A DNA stretch of 46,044 nucleotides from Bdellovibrionales bacterium (lineage in GTDB: Bacteria; Bdellovibrionota; UBA1018; CAIMNF01). The stretch's first letter is position 1, and every line of letters starts with the position of its first letter. Location: assembly GCA_040380025.1 (NCBI GenBank), contig JBEIJY010000017.1, forward strand, positions 1 to 46,044, in the 5' to 3' direction. Both the position numbers and the translations under genes were made by a program. This document shows positions 1 to 12,041 of this stretch, piece by piece. The notes beneath the pieces were generated by a model. It was not told the DNA's origin. It did not search any database and was given only the letters and a program-made list of their open reading frames with translations.

Positions 1-1
1 A

Positions 2-361
2 AAGAAAATCCAAACGGTTCCGTTCGAGCGACTCCGAGGCGGCCGCGCGGTTCCGGCGTTCAAGTCTGCTCTGGCCGCTCTTTCGAAAAAATCAGACATC
101 GTGCTTTTATCGGTCGATCTCGATGCCATGAGCCTTGCGGTTGCACCCGGCGTCTCGGCGCCCCAGCCTGAGGGATTTTCGGCCGGAGAGTTGTACGAGA
201 TGCTCGAGATCGCCGCCAAAAACAAAAAAGTGTTCTCGCTCGGGCTCTTCGAGCTCTCGCCTCCGCTCGATGCGAACGATGCGACCTCGCGTCTTGCCGC
301 GCAGGCCGCATGGAAGTTTCTTGCAGTGAAATGCTTCAAATGGGAATCGCGCAGATCATGA
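2..361 (+). CDS. hutG: Ureohydrolase/arginase-family protein, probably formimidoylglutamase; 5' truncated by window edge
   Basis: Frame open from base 2. SVDLDAMSLAVAPGVSAPQPEG and ELSPPLD are the C-terminal motifs of the arginase family. The specific enzyme is inferred. Confidence 0.65.
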   Translation, partial: KKIQTVPFERLRGGRAVPAFKSALAALSKKSDIVLLSVDLDAMSLAVAPGVSAPQPEGFSAGELYEMLEIAAKNKKVFSLGLFELSPPLDANDATSRLAAQAAWKFLAVKCFKWESRRS

Positions 362-1839
362 GTGAATTGGTGCTTTCGATCGATCAGGGAACCACGGGCA
401 CGAAGGTGCTCGTCATGGACTCAAACCTCGAAAAAGTGGCCGAGCATTACGAGGCCTTCGAGCAGCATTTTCCGGGACCCGGGCAGGTCGAGCATGAGTG
501 CGCGCAGATCTGGCAAACAATCGAGAAGGGCATCGAGGGAGTCGCGCGCTCCGTCGATCTTGCGCGCGTATCGGCGATCGGAATCACCAATCAGCGCGAG
601 ACGATCTGCTTTTGGGAGGCGGGAACTGTGCGGCCTCTTCGGCGCGCGATGGTCTGGCAGGACCGGCGAACCGCCGCTCGCTGTGAGGAGCTGAGGTCAA
701 AGGGGCTCGAACCCGCGATCACCGAGAAAACCGGTCTTTTGCTTGACCCGTACTTCTCGGCCACCAAGCTCGAGTGGGCGCTCCAAAACGACACGGCGGT
801 GCGGGCGGCGAGCGAGGCGGGAACGCTTCGGGTGGGTACCATCGATTCGTTTTTGCTCGCAAAGCTCACCGCGGGCGAGGCCCACGCCACCGATTCGAGC
901 AATGCCTCGCGCACACTCCTTATGAACCTGAAGACTTTGCAATGGGACCCGGAGCTTCTCTCGATTTTCGGGGTGAGGGAGTCCATTCTTCCGAAAATCC
1001 TTCCCACCTTCGGGCCCTTCGGTGTTACCCGCGGGGTGAAAGGACTTCGCGATGGAATTCCCATCACCGGAATGATCGGGGACCAGCAGTCGGCCCTCCT
1101 GGGTCAGGCGGCGGTCGAGCCCGGCATGGCAAAATGCACCTTCGGCACCGGCGCATTTTTGCTCGTGAACACCGGAAGAGAAATCAAAAAAAGCTCTGCA
1201 AGGCTTTTGACCACGGTTGTGTGGAGTGACTCGCAGGGAAGCACGACCTACGCGCTCGAGGGAAGTGCCTTCATGGCGGGAGCCGTGGTGCAGTGGCTTC
1301 GGGACGGGCTCAAGATGATCGCGAAATCTTCCGACATCGAGCCGCTTGCGCGCGAGGTTTCCTCGAGCGAGGGGGTGGTGTTTGTGCCCGCATTCACAGG
1401 GCTCGGGGCGCCTTATTGGAATCCCGAGGCACGAGCCATGATCTCGGGGCTGACGCGTGGCTCGACCCGGGCGCACATTGCGCGCGCGGCGCTCGAGGGA
1501 ATCGCGCTTCAGAATGTGGATATCCTAAAAGCCATCGAAAAAGATCTCGGTTCGCCCATCCGAGCCCTCAGTGTCGATGGTGGTGCCTGTGCGAACGATT
1601 TGCTCATGCAGATCCAAGCGGACTTGCTCGGTTGCGTGCTCCGGCGGCCCGAGCTGACCGAGACGACCGCCCTTGGAGCCGTGTTCGCCGCAGGTCTCGG
1701 CGCGGGCATCTGGCACTCGGTCCAAGAGATCGTACGGGTCTGGAAGCTCGATCGTGAGTTCGTCCCCGCTATAACCGAGGCCGATCGGAATGTAAAGCTC
1801 GCCGAGTGGAAGGATGCGGTGGAGCGGGTGTCGCTTTAA
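358..1839 (+). CDS. glpK: Glycerol kinase
   Basis: SIDQGTTG, GITNQRET, VWQDRRT, DPYFSATK, GDQQSAL, KCTFGTG motifs. ATG at 358 overlaps the upstream stop (ATGA). Confidence 0.95.
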   Translation: MSELVLSIDQGTTGTKVLVMDSNLEKVAEHYEAFEQHFPGPGQVEHECAQIWQTIEKGIEGVARSVDLARVSAIGITNQRETICFWEAGTVRPLRRAMVWQDRRTAARCEELRSKGLEPAITEKTGLLLDPYFSATKLEWALQNDTAVRAASEAGTLRVGTIDSFLLAKLTAGEAHATDSSNASRTLLMNLKTLQWDPELLSIFGVRESILPKILPTFGPFGVTRGVKGLRDGIPITGMIGDQQSALLGQAAVEPGMAKCTFGTGAFLLVNTGREIKKSSARLLTTVVWSDSQGSTTYALEGSAFMAGAVVQWLRDGLKMIAKSSDIEPLAREVSSSEGVVFVPAFTGLGAPYWNPEARAMISGLTRGSTRAHIARAALEGIALQNVDILKAIEKDLGSPIRALSVDGGACANDLLMQIQADLLGCVLRRPELTETTALGAVFAAGLGAGIWHSVQEIVRVWKLDREFVPAITEADRNVKLAEWKDAVERVSL

Positions 1840-1926
1840 GGGGCTGTCCCCATCCTTTCGGCATAAAAGCCCGCTTGATTTGGTCTGCTATTGGTGATAG
1901 GCTCCGCGCCTCGGAGAACGAGTGTT

Positions 1927-4044
1927 ATGGGCGTACGGAACCGGGTCCTGGTTTTATTTACAGTGGTGATGATGTGCGGAGCGTTTTCGGCGACCGCGCA
2001 GGCAGCAGACCACCCCCAAGACCCCTGCTCCCTTTTGCTTCGAAGAAATCAAAGCCTGAATCTTGACCTCATTCGAGCCGCCTCGCGATGGGATCACGAC
2101 GAAGTGACAAGGCTCGCCGGTGCCATGGGCCTGAGCGAGATCGAGGTGACTGCCCTGATCGGAAGCCGGGTGGATCTCGATTTCGAGGCCATGAAAGAGC
2201 GGATCGAGTCCGGCGCCTCAGTCGACAAATATGTCTGTGCGAAGTCTTCGGCCGAGACAGAAGCCTATTTTGATTATCGTTTCAAAATGTTCGATGCCAA
2301 AACCGGTGAGGTTGTGCTCCGGAATGAGCTGGGCACGGAAATGCGGTTTGGCAAGGATGCCCGGTTTGCGGTCTACGAGCCGATTCATAAGATCCATATC
2401 GAGCCATCGTTGGCTCTTCCTGAAGTGCCGAAGGATCCCGAGGGAACCGCAGAGATCGCAAAAATTCTTACCGAAGTCGAACGAAATGGCCTGGGGTATT
2501 GGAGGTATGTGTCGCCCCACAAAGAGGGCGGGCACCACTACCGGGTTTATGCCCAAGGCTTGGTTGTTGATCTCGAGATCCACCCGGATCATGCCGAGTG
2601 CTCAGGGAAGCTTCATAGTCCTAACGGCGAGTCCTCTGATTTGAAGCTGAAGAAATCGCAAATTCTGAATTTCTTCGAGAGAATGAAAGCGAGAAATGCC
2701 CTCGTCGCTCGAAAACCAAAGTTCAAAAGAACCCTGCAAGAGATCGAGGGAACGGAAGCATACCAAAAGTACAAACAGGAATATCAGACCGCCAATCACC
2801 CGACTCTGGAAAACCTTTTGTCGAATCTTGCAGCAAAAATAAGCGCGATCACCGATCCGCAGGATCAGCTTGCATTGTCGGAGGCCGCGCTGGTTCCGGC
2901 CATTCGCAAGCGACTTCTAGATCATCAGTTTGAATTCACCGAGAACTGGACGGAATGGGGAACTGTATTCGAAATCAAAAACCTCCTGGATGGAACGCAG
3001 TTCGATGGCGTGATCGATTATTCCCTGCATCGATTTGAAATCATGCCCCTCACCGACATCGGTGCCACCGTTTTTGCGGGGCACTATCGGGCCTATGATC
3101 AAGCCATCGCGGTCGGGTTTTCGCGCTTTCATCCCATGCTCAATACCCGGACGATCGAGCATGAAATGTCGCATGCCGTGTTTCAGGACGAGCAACTGAA
3201 GGGAATCGACCGCTTTTACAATTCCGCCGAGTTCTACCAGCTTGGTACTGAGAGTGATCCTTACGGAGATTACCTGAATTTTGAGGAAATGTTCACCTGG
3301 TCGGTCGATCTTCCCCATGAGCTGAAGTATTTAAAGTCCAGCGGTCTTTCGGATTCTGCGTCGATGTCCCTCTTCTGGAAGGTGGGCGAGGGATCCGGGG
3401 CAAAGATGCTGGCGATGTCGACCATGCTCAAAAAAGGAGTCGACGGCCTGATCGAAGGGGCAAAAAAAATGAACCATGATGCCTGGATTGATTCAATCCG
3501 CAAGGTGAAATACCTTTGGATGGACGGAAGGCCCGCCTTGAGTCGCACGATCGTTCTTGAAATCAACGGGAAGCGCGTCGATCTGACGCTCATGAATCCG
3601 GATGATCTACAGGTGTGGGAGAGAGCCCGACGGAACCCGTTGGGACTTACCATGGAGGGCGAGAGTCACTTGGAACAATTCAGGGAGCTCGCGATCGGAA
3701 AGCTCAAGGCAATCCAGCAGGAGGTGACAAGGATCCGGGAGGACCTTGAGGACTTACAAAAACCCTTTGTGGATTGGCAGAGCGCTGTGAATGATGCGCT
3801 TGTTCAGGCAAAGCTGAACCAGATTCCAAAAGTCCAGGAGTTCACTCCCGAGGCTCTTGCTATGATCAAAAAAGAGCACATCGAAATGATCTGTAGAGCC
3901 ATTGAAACATACGGATCCTACGACAAGGCAAGACAGGCCTTTGAATCGCTTGAAGGGAAATATCCAGATTGGGACCGGTTCGCCGAGGAGATGACGAGGT
4001 TCTCTTGGAAGGCCATCAAAAAAGCCCGACCCAAACCGCGCTAA
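1927..4044 (+). CDS. Exported hypothetical protein with HEXXH motif (possible zinc metallopeptidase domain)
   Basis: Long ORF with signal peptide ending ATAQA. Contains IEHEMSHAVF followed by NFEEMFTW. Confidence 0.7.
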   Translation: MGVRNRVLVLFTVVMMCGAFSATAQAADHPQDPCSLLLRRNQSLNLDLIRAASRWDHDEVTRLAGAMGLSEIEVTALIGSRVDLDFEAMKERIESGASVDKYVCAKSSAETEAYFDYRFKMFDAKTGEVVLRNELGTEMRFGKDARFAVYEPIHKIHIEPSLALPEVPKDPEGTAEIAKILTEVERNGLGYWRYVSPHKEGGHHYRVYAQGLVVDLEIHPDHAECSGKLHSPNGESSDLKLKKSQILNFFERMKARNALVARKPKFKRTLQEIEGTEAYQKYKQEYQTANHPTLENLLSNLAAKISAITDPQDQLALSEAALVPAIRKRLLDHQFEFTENWTEWGTVFEIKNLLDGTQFDGVIDYSLHRFEIMPLTDIGATVFAGHYRAYDQAIAVGFSRFHPMLNTRTIEHEMSHAVFQDEQLKGIDRFYNSAEFYQLGTESDPYGDYLNFEEMFTWSVDLPHELKYLKSSGLSDSASMSLFWKVGEGSGAKMLAMSTMLKKGVDGLIEGAKKMNHDAWIDSIRKVKYLWMDGRPALSRTIVLEINGKRVDLTLMNPDDLQVWERARRNPLGLTMEGESHLEQFRELAIGKLKAIQQEVTRIREDLEDLQKPFVDWQSAVNDALVQAKLNQIPKVQEFTPEALAMIKKEHIEMICRAIETYGSYDKARQAFESLEGKYPDWDRFAEEMTRFSWKAIKKARPKPR

Positions 4045-5441
4045 CTCAACAAATCCGGAATCGCGCTCACATGCGCAATCGGGGTCGCCGAGATCCCCTT
4101 CACTTTTTTTGCCCGCTCCAGCTGGGATGCGGGAACGATCACCTGCTGGAAGCCGAGCTTTTTCGCCTCTTCGACGCGAATCTCGATCTGGCTCACCTTG
4201 CGGACTTCGCCGGTGAGTCCGACCTCGCCCAAAAACACCATCGAGGAGGGAATCGGCACCTCACGAATGGCCGAATGGATCGCCGCCATCGAGGCCAGAT
4301 CGCAAGCAGGCTCCGAGAGCCGGAGCCCGCCCGCCACATTGAAGAACAGATCCTGATTCACGAGCGAAACCCCGACATGCTTTTCGAGCACGGCGGTCAG
4401 GATCGCGAGCTTTTGCGAATCAAGTCCCACCGAGGTGCGCCTCGGCGTCGCAAAGGGCGAGGGTACGCAAAGGGCCTGAAGCTCAACAAGCAAAGGCCGC
4501 GAGCCCTCGATGGTCGCCGTGATGGCCGTTCCCATGGCCTGCTCCTGGCGTTCCGACAAAAACAGCGCCGAGGGGTTCGCCACATCGATGAGGCCGTCCG
4601 AGGTCATCTCGAATACGCCAAGCTCGTTCGTGTTCCCGAAGCGGTTCTTCACCGTCCGGAGCAAGCGCATGGTCTGCCCCGAATCGCCCTCGAAATAAAG
4701 CACCGTATCGACCAGATGTTCGACAATTTTCGGGCCCGCGATCGAGCCTTCTTTGGTGACATGCCCCACGAGCCAAACGGCGATTCCGGCCGATTTGGCA
4801 AGGTTCATGAGCCGCGAGGTCACCTCGCGCACCTGGCTCACCGTGCCCGGAGCCGACTCGACAAAGCCGGTCGAGAAGGTCTGGAGCGAATCCATGATCA
4901 GGAGCTCGGGGCGCAGATCTTTCACGATCTCGAGGACCTTCTCGAACTGGGTCTCGGCGGCGAGAAAGATCTTGTCTTCGTTCCGGATTTTGAGCCGACG
5001 CGCACGCGACTGGATCTGCTCGATCGATTCCTCGCCCGACACATACAAAACCTTCTGCACCGGCGAGTGCTCGGTGATCCCCTGCGCGACCTGAAGCAGG
5101 ATCGTGCTTTTTCCGATCCCGGGGTCGCCGCCGATCAGCACGAACCCGTCGCGCACCATGCCTCCGCCCAAAACCCGGTCGAGCTCGCTTGAGCCTGTCG
5201 GGTAGCGGCTCTTCGCCGGCCCTCCTGCTCCGCCCGTTTCTTCGCCAAGCCGCACGACGGCACCCGTCGTGCCAGCGGGCCCGCCAAAGGTCTCGCGCAC
5301 GGCCGAAATCGACGAGTCCTTCGCCTGGCTGATCTTCTCTTCGACAAACGAGTTCCACGAACCGCACTCGGGGCATTTTCCGAGCCATTTCGGGTTGCTA
5401 TGGCCACAGCTCTGGCAGGTGTACCGGGTTTTGATTTTCAT
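4041..5441 (-). CDS. radA: DNA repair protein RadA/Sms
   Basis: C4 zinc finger (CQSC..CPEC), Walker A GDPGIGKS, KNRFG motif, Lon-like C-terminus. Confidence 0.97.
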   Translation of the reverse strand: MKIKTRYTCQSCGHSNPKWLGKCPECGSWNSFVEEKISQAKDSSISAVRETFGGPAGTTGAVVRLGEETGGAGGPAKSRYPTGSSELDRVLGGGMVRDGFVLIGGDPGIGKSTILLQVAQGITEHSPVQKVLYVSGEESIEQIQSRARRLKIRNEDKIFLAAETQFEKVLEIVKDLRPELLIMDSLQTFSTGFVESAPGTVSQVREVTSRLMNLAKSAGIAVWLVGHVTKEGSIAGPKIVEHLVDTVLYFEGDSGQTMRLLRTVKNRFGNTNELGVFEMTSDGLIDVANPSALFLSERQEQAMGTAITATIEGSRPLLVELQALCVPSPFATPRRTSVGLDSQKLAILTAVLEKHVGVSLVNQDLFFNVAGGLRLSEPACDLASMAAIHSAIREVPIPSSMVFLGEVGLTGEVRKVSQIEIRVEEAKKLGFQQVIVPASQLERAKKVKGISATPIAHVSAIPDLLS

Positions 5442-5455
5442 GCTAGCGTACAGGT

Positions 5456-5821
5456 ATGGCAAAGGACGACCAAAGACGCAAAAAGTTTTGGGAAGAAGAC
5501 GAAGAGGAACGCGAACAAGGAGGAGAGGGCTCTCCTTCGGTCCGTCCTGCCGGGGCGGCGCTGGAGCCGCGGATCCACGAGATCAAGCTCCTCTTGGAGC
5601 AGACGCATCAGCTTTATTTGCAGTACCTGGGCGGAATCGAAAAACGCCCGCCGGTCGAGAAACGAAGCCGGCTGGATGCCCTCGTGACCGAGCTTCAGCG
5701 ATCACTCGCCTCGAATCCATCGGGGGCGGCGGTTCGCTTTCAGGTCCAGCAGTTGGTTTCGCAGGTGCAGACGATGCGGGAGCTGTGGGAGCGGAAGCTC
5801 CGGGAGCGCGAGAAGGGCTGA
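5456..5821 (+). CDS. Small helical protein resembling MXAN_5187 C-terminal-domain-type proteins
   Basis: Pattern YLQYLGGIEKRPP...RFQ...LWERKLREREKG, recognised by eye. Confidence 0.6.
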   Translation: MAKDDQRRKKFWEEDEEEREQGGEGSPSVRPAGAALEPRIHEIKLLLEQTHQLYLQYLGGIEKRPPVEKRSRLDALVTELQRSLASNPSGAAVRFQVQQLVSQVQTMRELWERKLREREKG

Positions 5822-5851
5822 GCGCGCGCCTGATGCGAGCTTAAACCAATC

Positions 5852-7876
<2,025 letters not shown>

Positions 7877-9406
7877 TCAGAAGTAATACATGATCGACGG
7901 CGTGATCGAAAACAGTTTTTGATTCAGGGTTTGATCGTTCGCAAAGCGGATTCCCTGGGACTGCAGTGAGATCACCGTGCGAAAGAAAATCCGCTCGTTC
8001 AGCTGGTATGCGCCCGCCACCTTGATCGCGAGATCAGAGGTCGAGCTTGCCTCGCCGAACGAAGTCGAGAGCGCCGCGGACTCGGCCGATCGGATCACGC
8101 CGAGATCCATTCCGATCTGGGCCATGAACGAGGCCGAAATCGGAAACTCCCCGCCCACTCCGATGAACAGGCTCTTGGTCGAGCTCGTGGCCACAAAATC
8201 CGAAAGAGCGGTGGTGAGCGAAGTCGTATCGAAGCGGTATCCGGCATGAACCCAGGCGATCGGATCATGAAGGGTTTCCATCGGAATCACGGCGTATCCC
8301 ACCGCAAACCGACCGGCCATGCGGTTTCCGGAATAACTTGCGGACTGAGCGGCATCGGTATTCAGAAGCGTAGGTGAGTAGCCAAGAACCGAGGCGCCCA
8401 GGTTACCTTGTCCGATGAAGCGTGAGTTGATCCAGATCTGCGAGTCGATCTCGAAGGTTCCCTGAAGCCCCCCGCCGCCCCGGCCTCCGTTCGCATCCGC
8501 GGGGACGCCGATCTCGCGCGAATACGTGCCGATTCCCAGATTCGCCGCGACCCAGCCCATTTTGGGCTCGAAAACTTCGGACTTCTTCACTGTTGCCACG
8601 GGCTCGACAGGAGCATCGAGAATCTGTCTGATCTTTTGGTTCCGGACCACGCCCGCACCGGGGCTGGTCTCGATCACGCGGGCGAATGCGAGCGAGGCAT
8701 CGACCTGCTCGACGCGGGCGCGTCCCACGGGCTGCCAGCGCCACTCTTCGATCGTTCCCAGAACAGGGTGGCGCTTCACCGATTCGATCGAGTGAAGCGT
8801 CACGAATTGGCCGGGCCGGAGGCCCATGTCGTGGCCCACGCTGATCGTGATCAGGTCGGCGTCGACTCCGGTCACTTGCCCGAGGAACGGAAGCTTTGCG
8901 ATCAGCTCGTCGAGGCTTTTCTTCACGGCGGCATCGAGGCCGCCCGCGCGAAGTCCTTCTTCGCGCCGGTCATCGATGTGACGGAACTCCGCTTGTGCGA
9001 TGACATCGCCTTTCGGGGCATACACCCAGTCGAGCTCAAAGCGGTAGGAGTCGCCTTCTTTGAACACGCGCGAACGAAGAACGCATTCCACGCGGAACTT
9101 CTGTGAGATCTTCCGCAGGATTCCGGGTTCCCGGATCAGCTCGTCGTAACTGGCGCTCGAAGAACCGAAGATTTCTTTCAGGCCCCGCAGGGGGCGCACC
9201 ACAAAGCGGCTCTGGGCCTTGAAGTACTCGGCAAAGCGCTCGTTCAGGTACTCGGTGAAGATCCCGTCCACATTGTCGACGGGCTTCAGCCAGCCGATCG
9301 AGTCGAGCTGGTAGACGCGGTCGTTTTCGGGAGTGGCGGAAGCGGAAGAGGCCGAAAAGAAGGCCAGAACAAGAAGGAACGTCACTTTTTTGAAAGTTGA
9401 GCCCAT
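7877..9406 (-). CDS. Exported protein with FlgT-C-like middle domain and probable C-terminal outer-membrane beta-barrel
   Basis: Signal peptide. GQVTGVDADLITISVGHDMGLRPGQ pattern. Amphipathic beta-strands ending in IMYYF. Confidence 0.6.
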   Translation of the reverse strand: MGSTFKKVTFLLVLAFFSASSASATPENDRVYQLDSIGWLKPVDNVDGIFTEYLNERFAEYFKAQSRFVVRPLRGLKEIFGSSSASYDELIREPGILRKISQKFRVECVLRSRVFKEGDSYRFELDWVYAPKGDVIAQAEFRHIDDRREEGLRAGGLDAAVKKSLDELIAKLPFLGQVTGVDADLITISVGHDMGLRPGQFVTLHSIESVKRHPVLGTIEEWRWQPVGRARVEQVDASLAFARVIETSPGAGVVRNQKIRQILDAPVEPVATVKKSEVFEPKMGWVAANLGIGTYSREIGVPADANGGRGGGGLQGTFEIDSQIWINSRFIGQGNLGASVLGYSPTLLNTDAAQSASYSGNRMAGRFAVGYAVIPMETLHDPIAWVHAGYRFDTTSLTTALSDFVATSSTKSLFIGVGGEFPISASFMAQIGMDLGVIRSAESAALSTSFGEASSTSDLAIKVAGAYQLNERIFFRTVISLQSQGIRFANDQTLNQKLFSITPSIMYYF

Positions 9407-9717
9407 TTTTCCTCGTAGAATGCGACCAGGGTCTTCAGCTCCGCGATCTCTTCGTGCGCGGCGCTCAGCTCCTGTTCGATGTGCTTGATGCGCGCCTCGA
9501 CGTCTTCGTTCGGCGAGGCCGCAGGACCAAAGCGGAATTCATGATTGCGAGGGGCCGAGAAGGTGCCGTCATCCCGGACAAGGTAGCGACCTTCCAGAAG
9601 TTTCCACGGGATTTTGTTTGATTTGATGTAACGACGCAAGGTCGAAAGGCTGATTCCCTTTTTGACAGAGAACTCAACCAACGGAATCCAATTGTCGCCA
9701 TCCAAGTCGCTCGGCAT
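9382..9717 (-). CDS. Small helix-turn-helix DNA-binding protein with C-terminal coiled coil
   Basis: LVEFSVKKGISLSTLRRYIKSNKI resembles an excisionase/MerR-like HTH. Heptad-repeat tail. Confidence 0.7.
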   Translation of the reverse strand: MPSDLDGDNWIPLVEFSVKKGISLSTLRRYIKSNKIPWKLLEGRYLVRDDGTFSAPRNHEFRFGPAASPNEDVEARIKHIEQELSAAHEEIAELKTLVAFYEEKWAQLSKK

Positions 9718-9723
9718 TGCACC

Positions 9724-9751
9724 ATTCTATTTCCCTAAGCGGAAAATTCAA
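9724..9751 (-). promoter_or_regulatory. Putative sigma70 leaderless promoter (TTGAAT-16-TAGAAT-6-ATG)
   Basis: Read on the minus strand directly upstream of the ATG at 9717. Confidence 0.55.
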
Positions 9752-9780
9752 GTACTCTTGAACAAGGAAGCAATAAAAAC

Positions 9781-11013
9781 ATGGTGGCAAACCCCAAAAA
9801 AAGAATCTCCCGAAAGAAAAAACTCGCCTTTGTTCTCTCGGGCGGGGGAACCAAGGCCGCCGCCTTCCATATCGGAGTGGCTTACGCGCTCCGCGAGAAC
9901 GGATTCGAGTTTTATCGTGGACTCAAAACGGACCAGAACCAGAGCGAGCCCACGGCCCGTGCGATTCAGACCTATGTCGGCTCGAGCGGTGGATCCTTCA
10001 TTGCGACGGTTCTTGCCGCGGGCTACACGCTCGAGAACATCTCGGCCTCGTTCCTGAACCAGGATCCCGCCGACGAGAACCGGTTTTTTCCGCGACCGCT
10101 TCCCCGGCTCCAGTATTCCAAAATGTTCAAGATCCGGCCCGAGATCGCAAAAGAGCAGGTGAGCCAGTTCCAGACCGTGAAGAACATCATGGGTTCCCTT
10201 GTGGACGGGAATTTTCCGAGTCTGCTTCAGCTGAAGTGGCTCAAGATGAGCGGGTTTTTTTCGACCGCGGGGCTCGAGCAGTTCATGCGCGAGGAGGTCC
10301 TGCCCTCGAACCGCTTCGAGGATTACCGGCCGGAGCTCTTTGTGATCAGCACCAAGCTGAACGACTCGCAAAAAGTCGTGTTCGGAAAAAGCTCCTACGC
10401 GCCTCCGCCCCATGATCCTAGGTGCGAGTACCAAACGCATGTGAGGATCTCGGATGCGGTGGCCGCGAGCGCCTCCCTTCCGGTTGTGTATGCGCCCTAC
10501 CTCATTCCCGATCACCACGGCAGGGCCCACCATTATATTGATGGCGAGATCCGCGAGACTCTTTCGACCCACGTGGCGGTCGATTCGGGAGCGGACTTGG
10601 TCTTCACGAGCTATACGCATCAGCCGTATCGGTATGTCAAAGAGGTCGGTCCGCTGACCGCACTCGGACTCCCTGCGATCGTGATCCAGGCGATTTACAT
10701 TCTGATCGAACAAAAAATCAACTCGACCTATGAATCGTATCGCTCGAAAAAAGCGGCGATGAACGAGGTTCATCGCTATTGCAAGGATGCCGGCGTCGAG
10801 ACCGCGCAGGTCGACCGGATCATGGAGATTCTGGAGCGGGAGCTCCATCAGAACCGGAACCTCGACATCATTCCGATTCATCCTTCTTCGTCGGACACGA
10901 AGACCTTCCTGGCCGAGCACTTCACGCTGAATCCCCGCCGCCTGGGCGAGATCGTGAAGGCCGGCTACAAGGCCGGCATGGGGACACTCTCGCAGTATGA
11001 GTTCGAGGATTGA
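9781..11013 (+). CDS. Patatin-like phospholipase
   Basis: LSGGGTKA oxyanion motif, GSSGG nucleophile elbow, ASASLP and IDG. Confidence 0.9.
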   Translation: MVANPKKRISRKKKLAFVLSGGGTKAAAFHIGVAYALRENGFEFYRGLKTDQNQSEPTARAIQTYVGSSGGSFIATVLAAGYTLENISASFLNQDPADENRFFPRPLPRLQYSKMFKIRPEIAKEQVSQFQTVKNIMGSLVDGNFPSLLQLKWLKMSGFFSTAGLEQFMREEVLPSNRFEDYRPELFVISTKLNDSQKVVFGKSSYAPPPHDPRCEYQTHVRISDAVAASASLPVVYAPYLIPDHHGRAHHYIDGEIRETLSTHVAVDSGADLVFTSYTHQPYRYVKEVGPLTALGLPAIVIQAIYILIEQKINSTYESYRSKKAAMNEVHRYCKDAGVETAQVDRIMEILERELHQNRNLDIIPIHPSSSDTKTFLAEHFTLNPRRLGEIVKAGYKAGMGTLSQYEFED

Positions 11014-11032
11014 GCGCGCGGCCTGAACCGCA

Positions 11033-11941
11033 TCACCGCCGCAGGCGGCCCCGAAGAAACGTCCGCGCCTCTTTGGCCGCGTTCGTGAGGGTCTTGTCCT
11101 CAAGATAAGCCATGCTGATCACGTTGATGAGGCTCTTGCCCGATCCCTTCAGGATTTGCAGGTCTTCTCCGCGGTCGATCAGCTGCTGGGCCAGGTGCCC
11201 GGGCAGGATGCCGGCGCCGAGGCCGTTCAGAACCAAGCGCGAGACGGCTTGCGCGTCCATGATGTAAACGCGCACGTCGAGCTCCGGGGAACGCACCTGC
11301 AGGTGATGCTTCATCCAAAGACTCAGTACTGACTGGTCTTCTTGATAGTCGACGTAAGTGAGTTTTTCGTAAAACGAGTAGTCGGTCTGGGCCTTGGTCG
11401 GGAGACCGAGTTTCTTCGAAACACAAAGCTCGAGGATCTCGTTGTACACGGGCTCGGTCTTGATGCTCTTGTCGAGCGAAAAGGAATCCACAAACGCAAA
11501 ATCGATCTCGCCCGAAAGGAGCAGGTGATTCATCTCGAAGGGAAACCCCTGACGGAACTTGAAGCGGACCTTCGGGTGCTTTTTTTGAAATTCCGTCACG
11601 AGCGGAAGCACGAGGTTGTTTCCGAACTCGATCGGCGTTCCGATCGAAACCGTTCCGGCAAGCTCCTTGTCGGTGTTCTTGAGCCGGCTCAGGACGCTTT
11701 CGATCTCTTCGAAGCTCTTCGAGGTGTGCCGGTACAAATCGCGCGCGGTCGGGGTGGGAACGAGTTTTTGTTTGATTCGATCGAATAACTTGAGCTCGAG
11801 CACATCTTCGAGGGCCTTCACGTGCTGGCTAACACCCGATTGGGTCAGATGGAGTTCGCGGGCCGCATGGGTCATGCTCCCGGTCCGGTACACCGATTCG
11901 AAGACCCGCAACTGGTTCAGATTGATCCGATCGATCAGCAT
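11033..11941 (-). CDS. LysR-family transcriptional regulator, divergent from sdhCAB
   Basis: GSMTHAARELHLTQSGVSQHVKALE HTH and LFDR, ~300 aa. Confidence 0.93.
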   Translation of the reverse strand: MLIDRINLNQLRVFESVYRTGSMTHAARELHLTQSGVSQHVKALEDVLELKLFDRIKQKLVPTPTARDLYRHTSKSFEEIESVLSRLKNTDKELAGTVSIGTPIEFGNNLVLPLVTEFQKKHPKVRFKFRQGFPFEMNHLLLSGEIDFAFVDSFSLDKSIKTEPVYNEILELCVSKKLGLPTKAQTDYSFYEKLTYVDYQEDQSVLSLWMKHHLQVRSPELDVRVYIMDAQAVSRLVLNGLGAGILPGHLAQQLIDRGEDLQILKGSGKSLINVISMAYLEDKTLTNAAKEARTFLRGRLRR

Positions 11942-12041
11942 GATCCAACCATACGGTCGCAATGCCTTTCAAATCAAGTAGAGAAACCCCTTTGTTTGCG
12001 TTAGGGTGTTTGCCAGATCAAACTTTAAAGGAGCATCTGGA

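Noticed and set aside
3969..5192. 407-aa plus-strand ORF
   Set aside because: Antisense shadow of radA with no motifs; expected in GC-rich DNA.
9748..11103. 451-aa minus-strand ORF
   Set aside because: Antisense shadow of the patatin gene.
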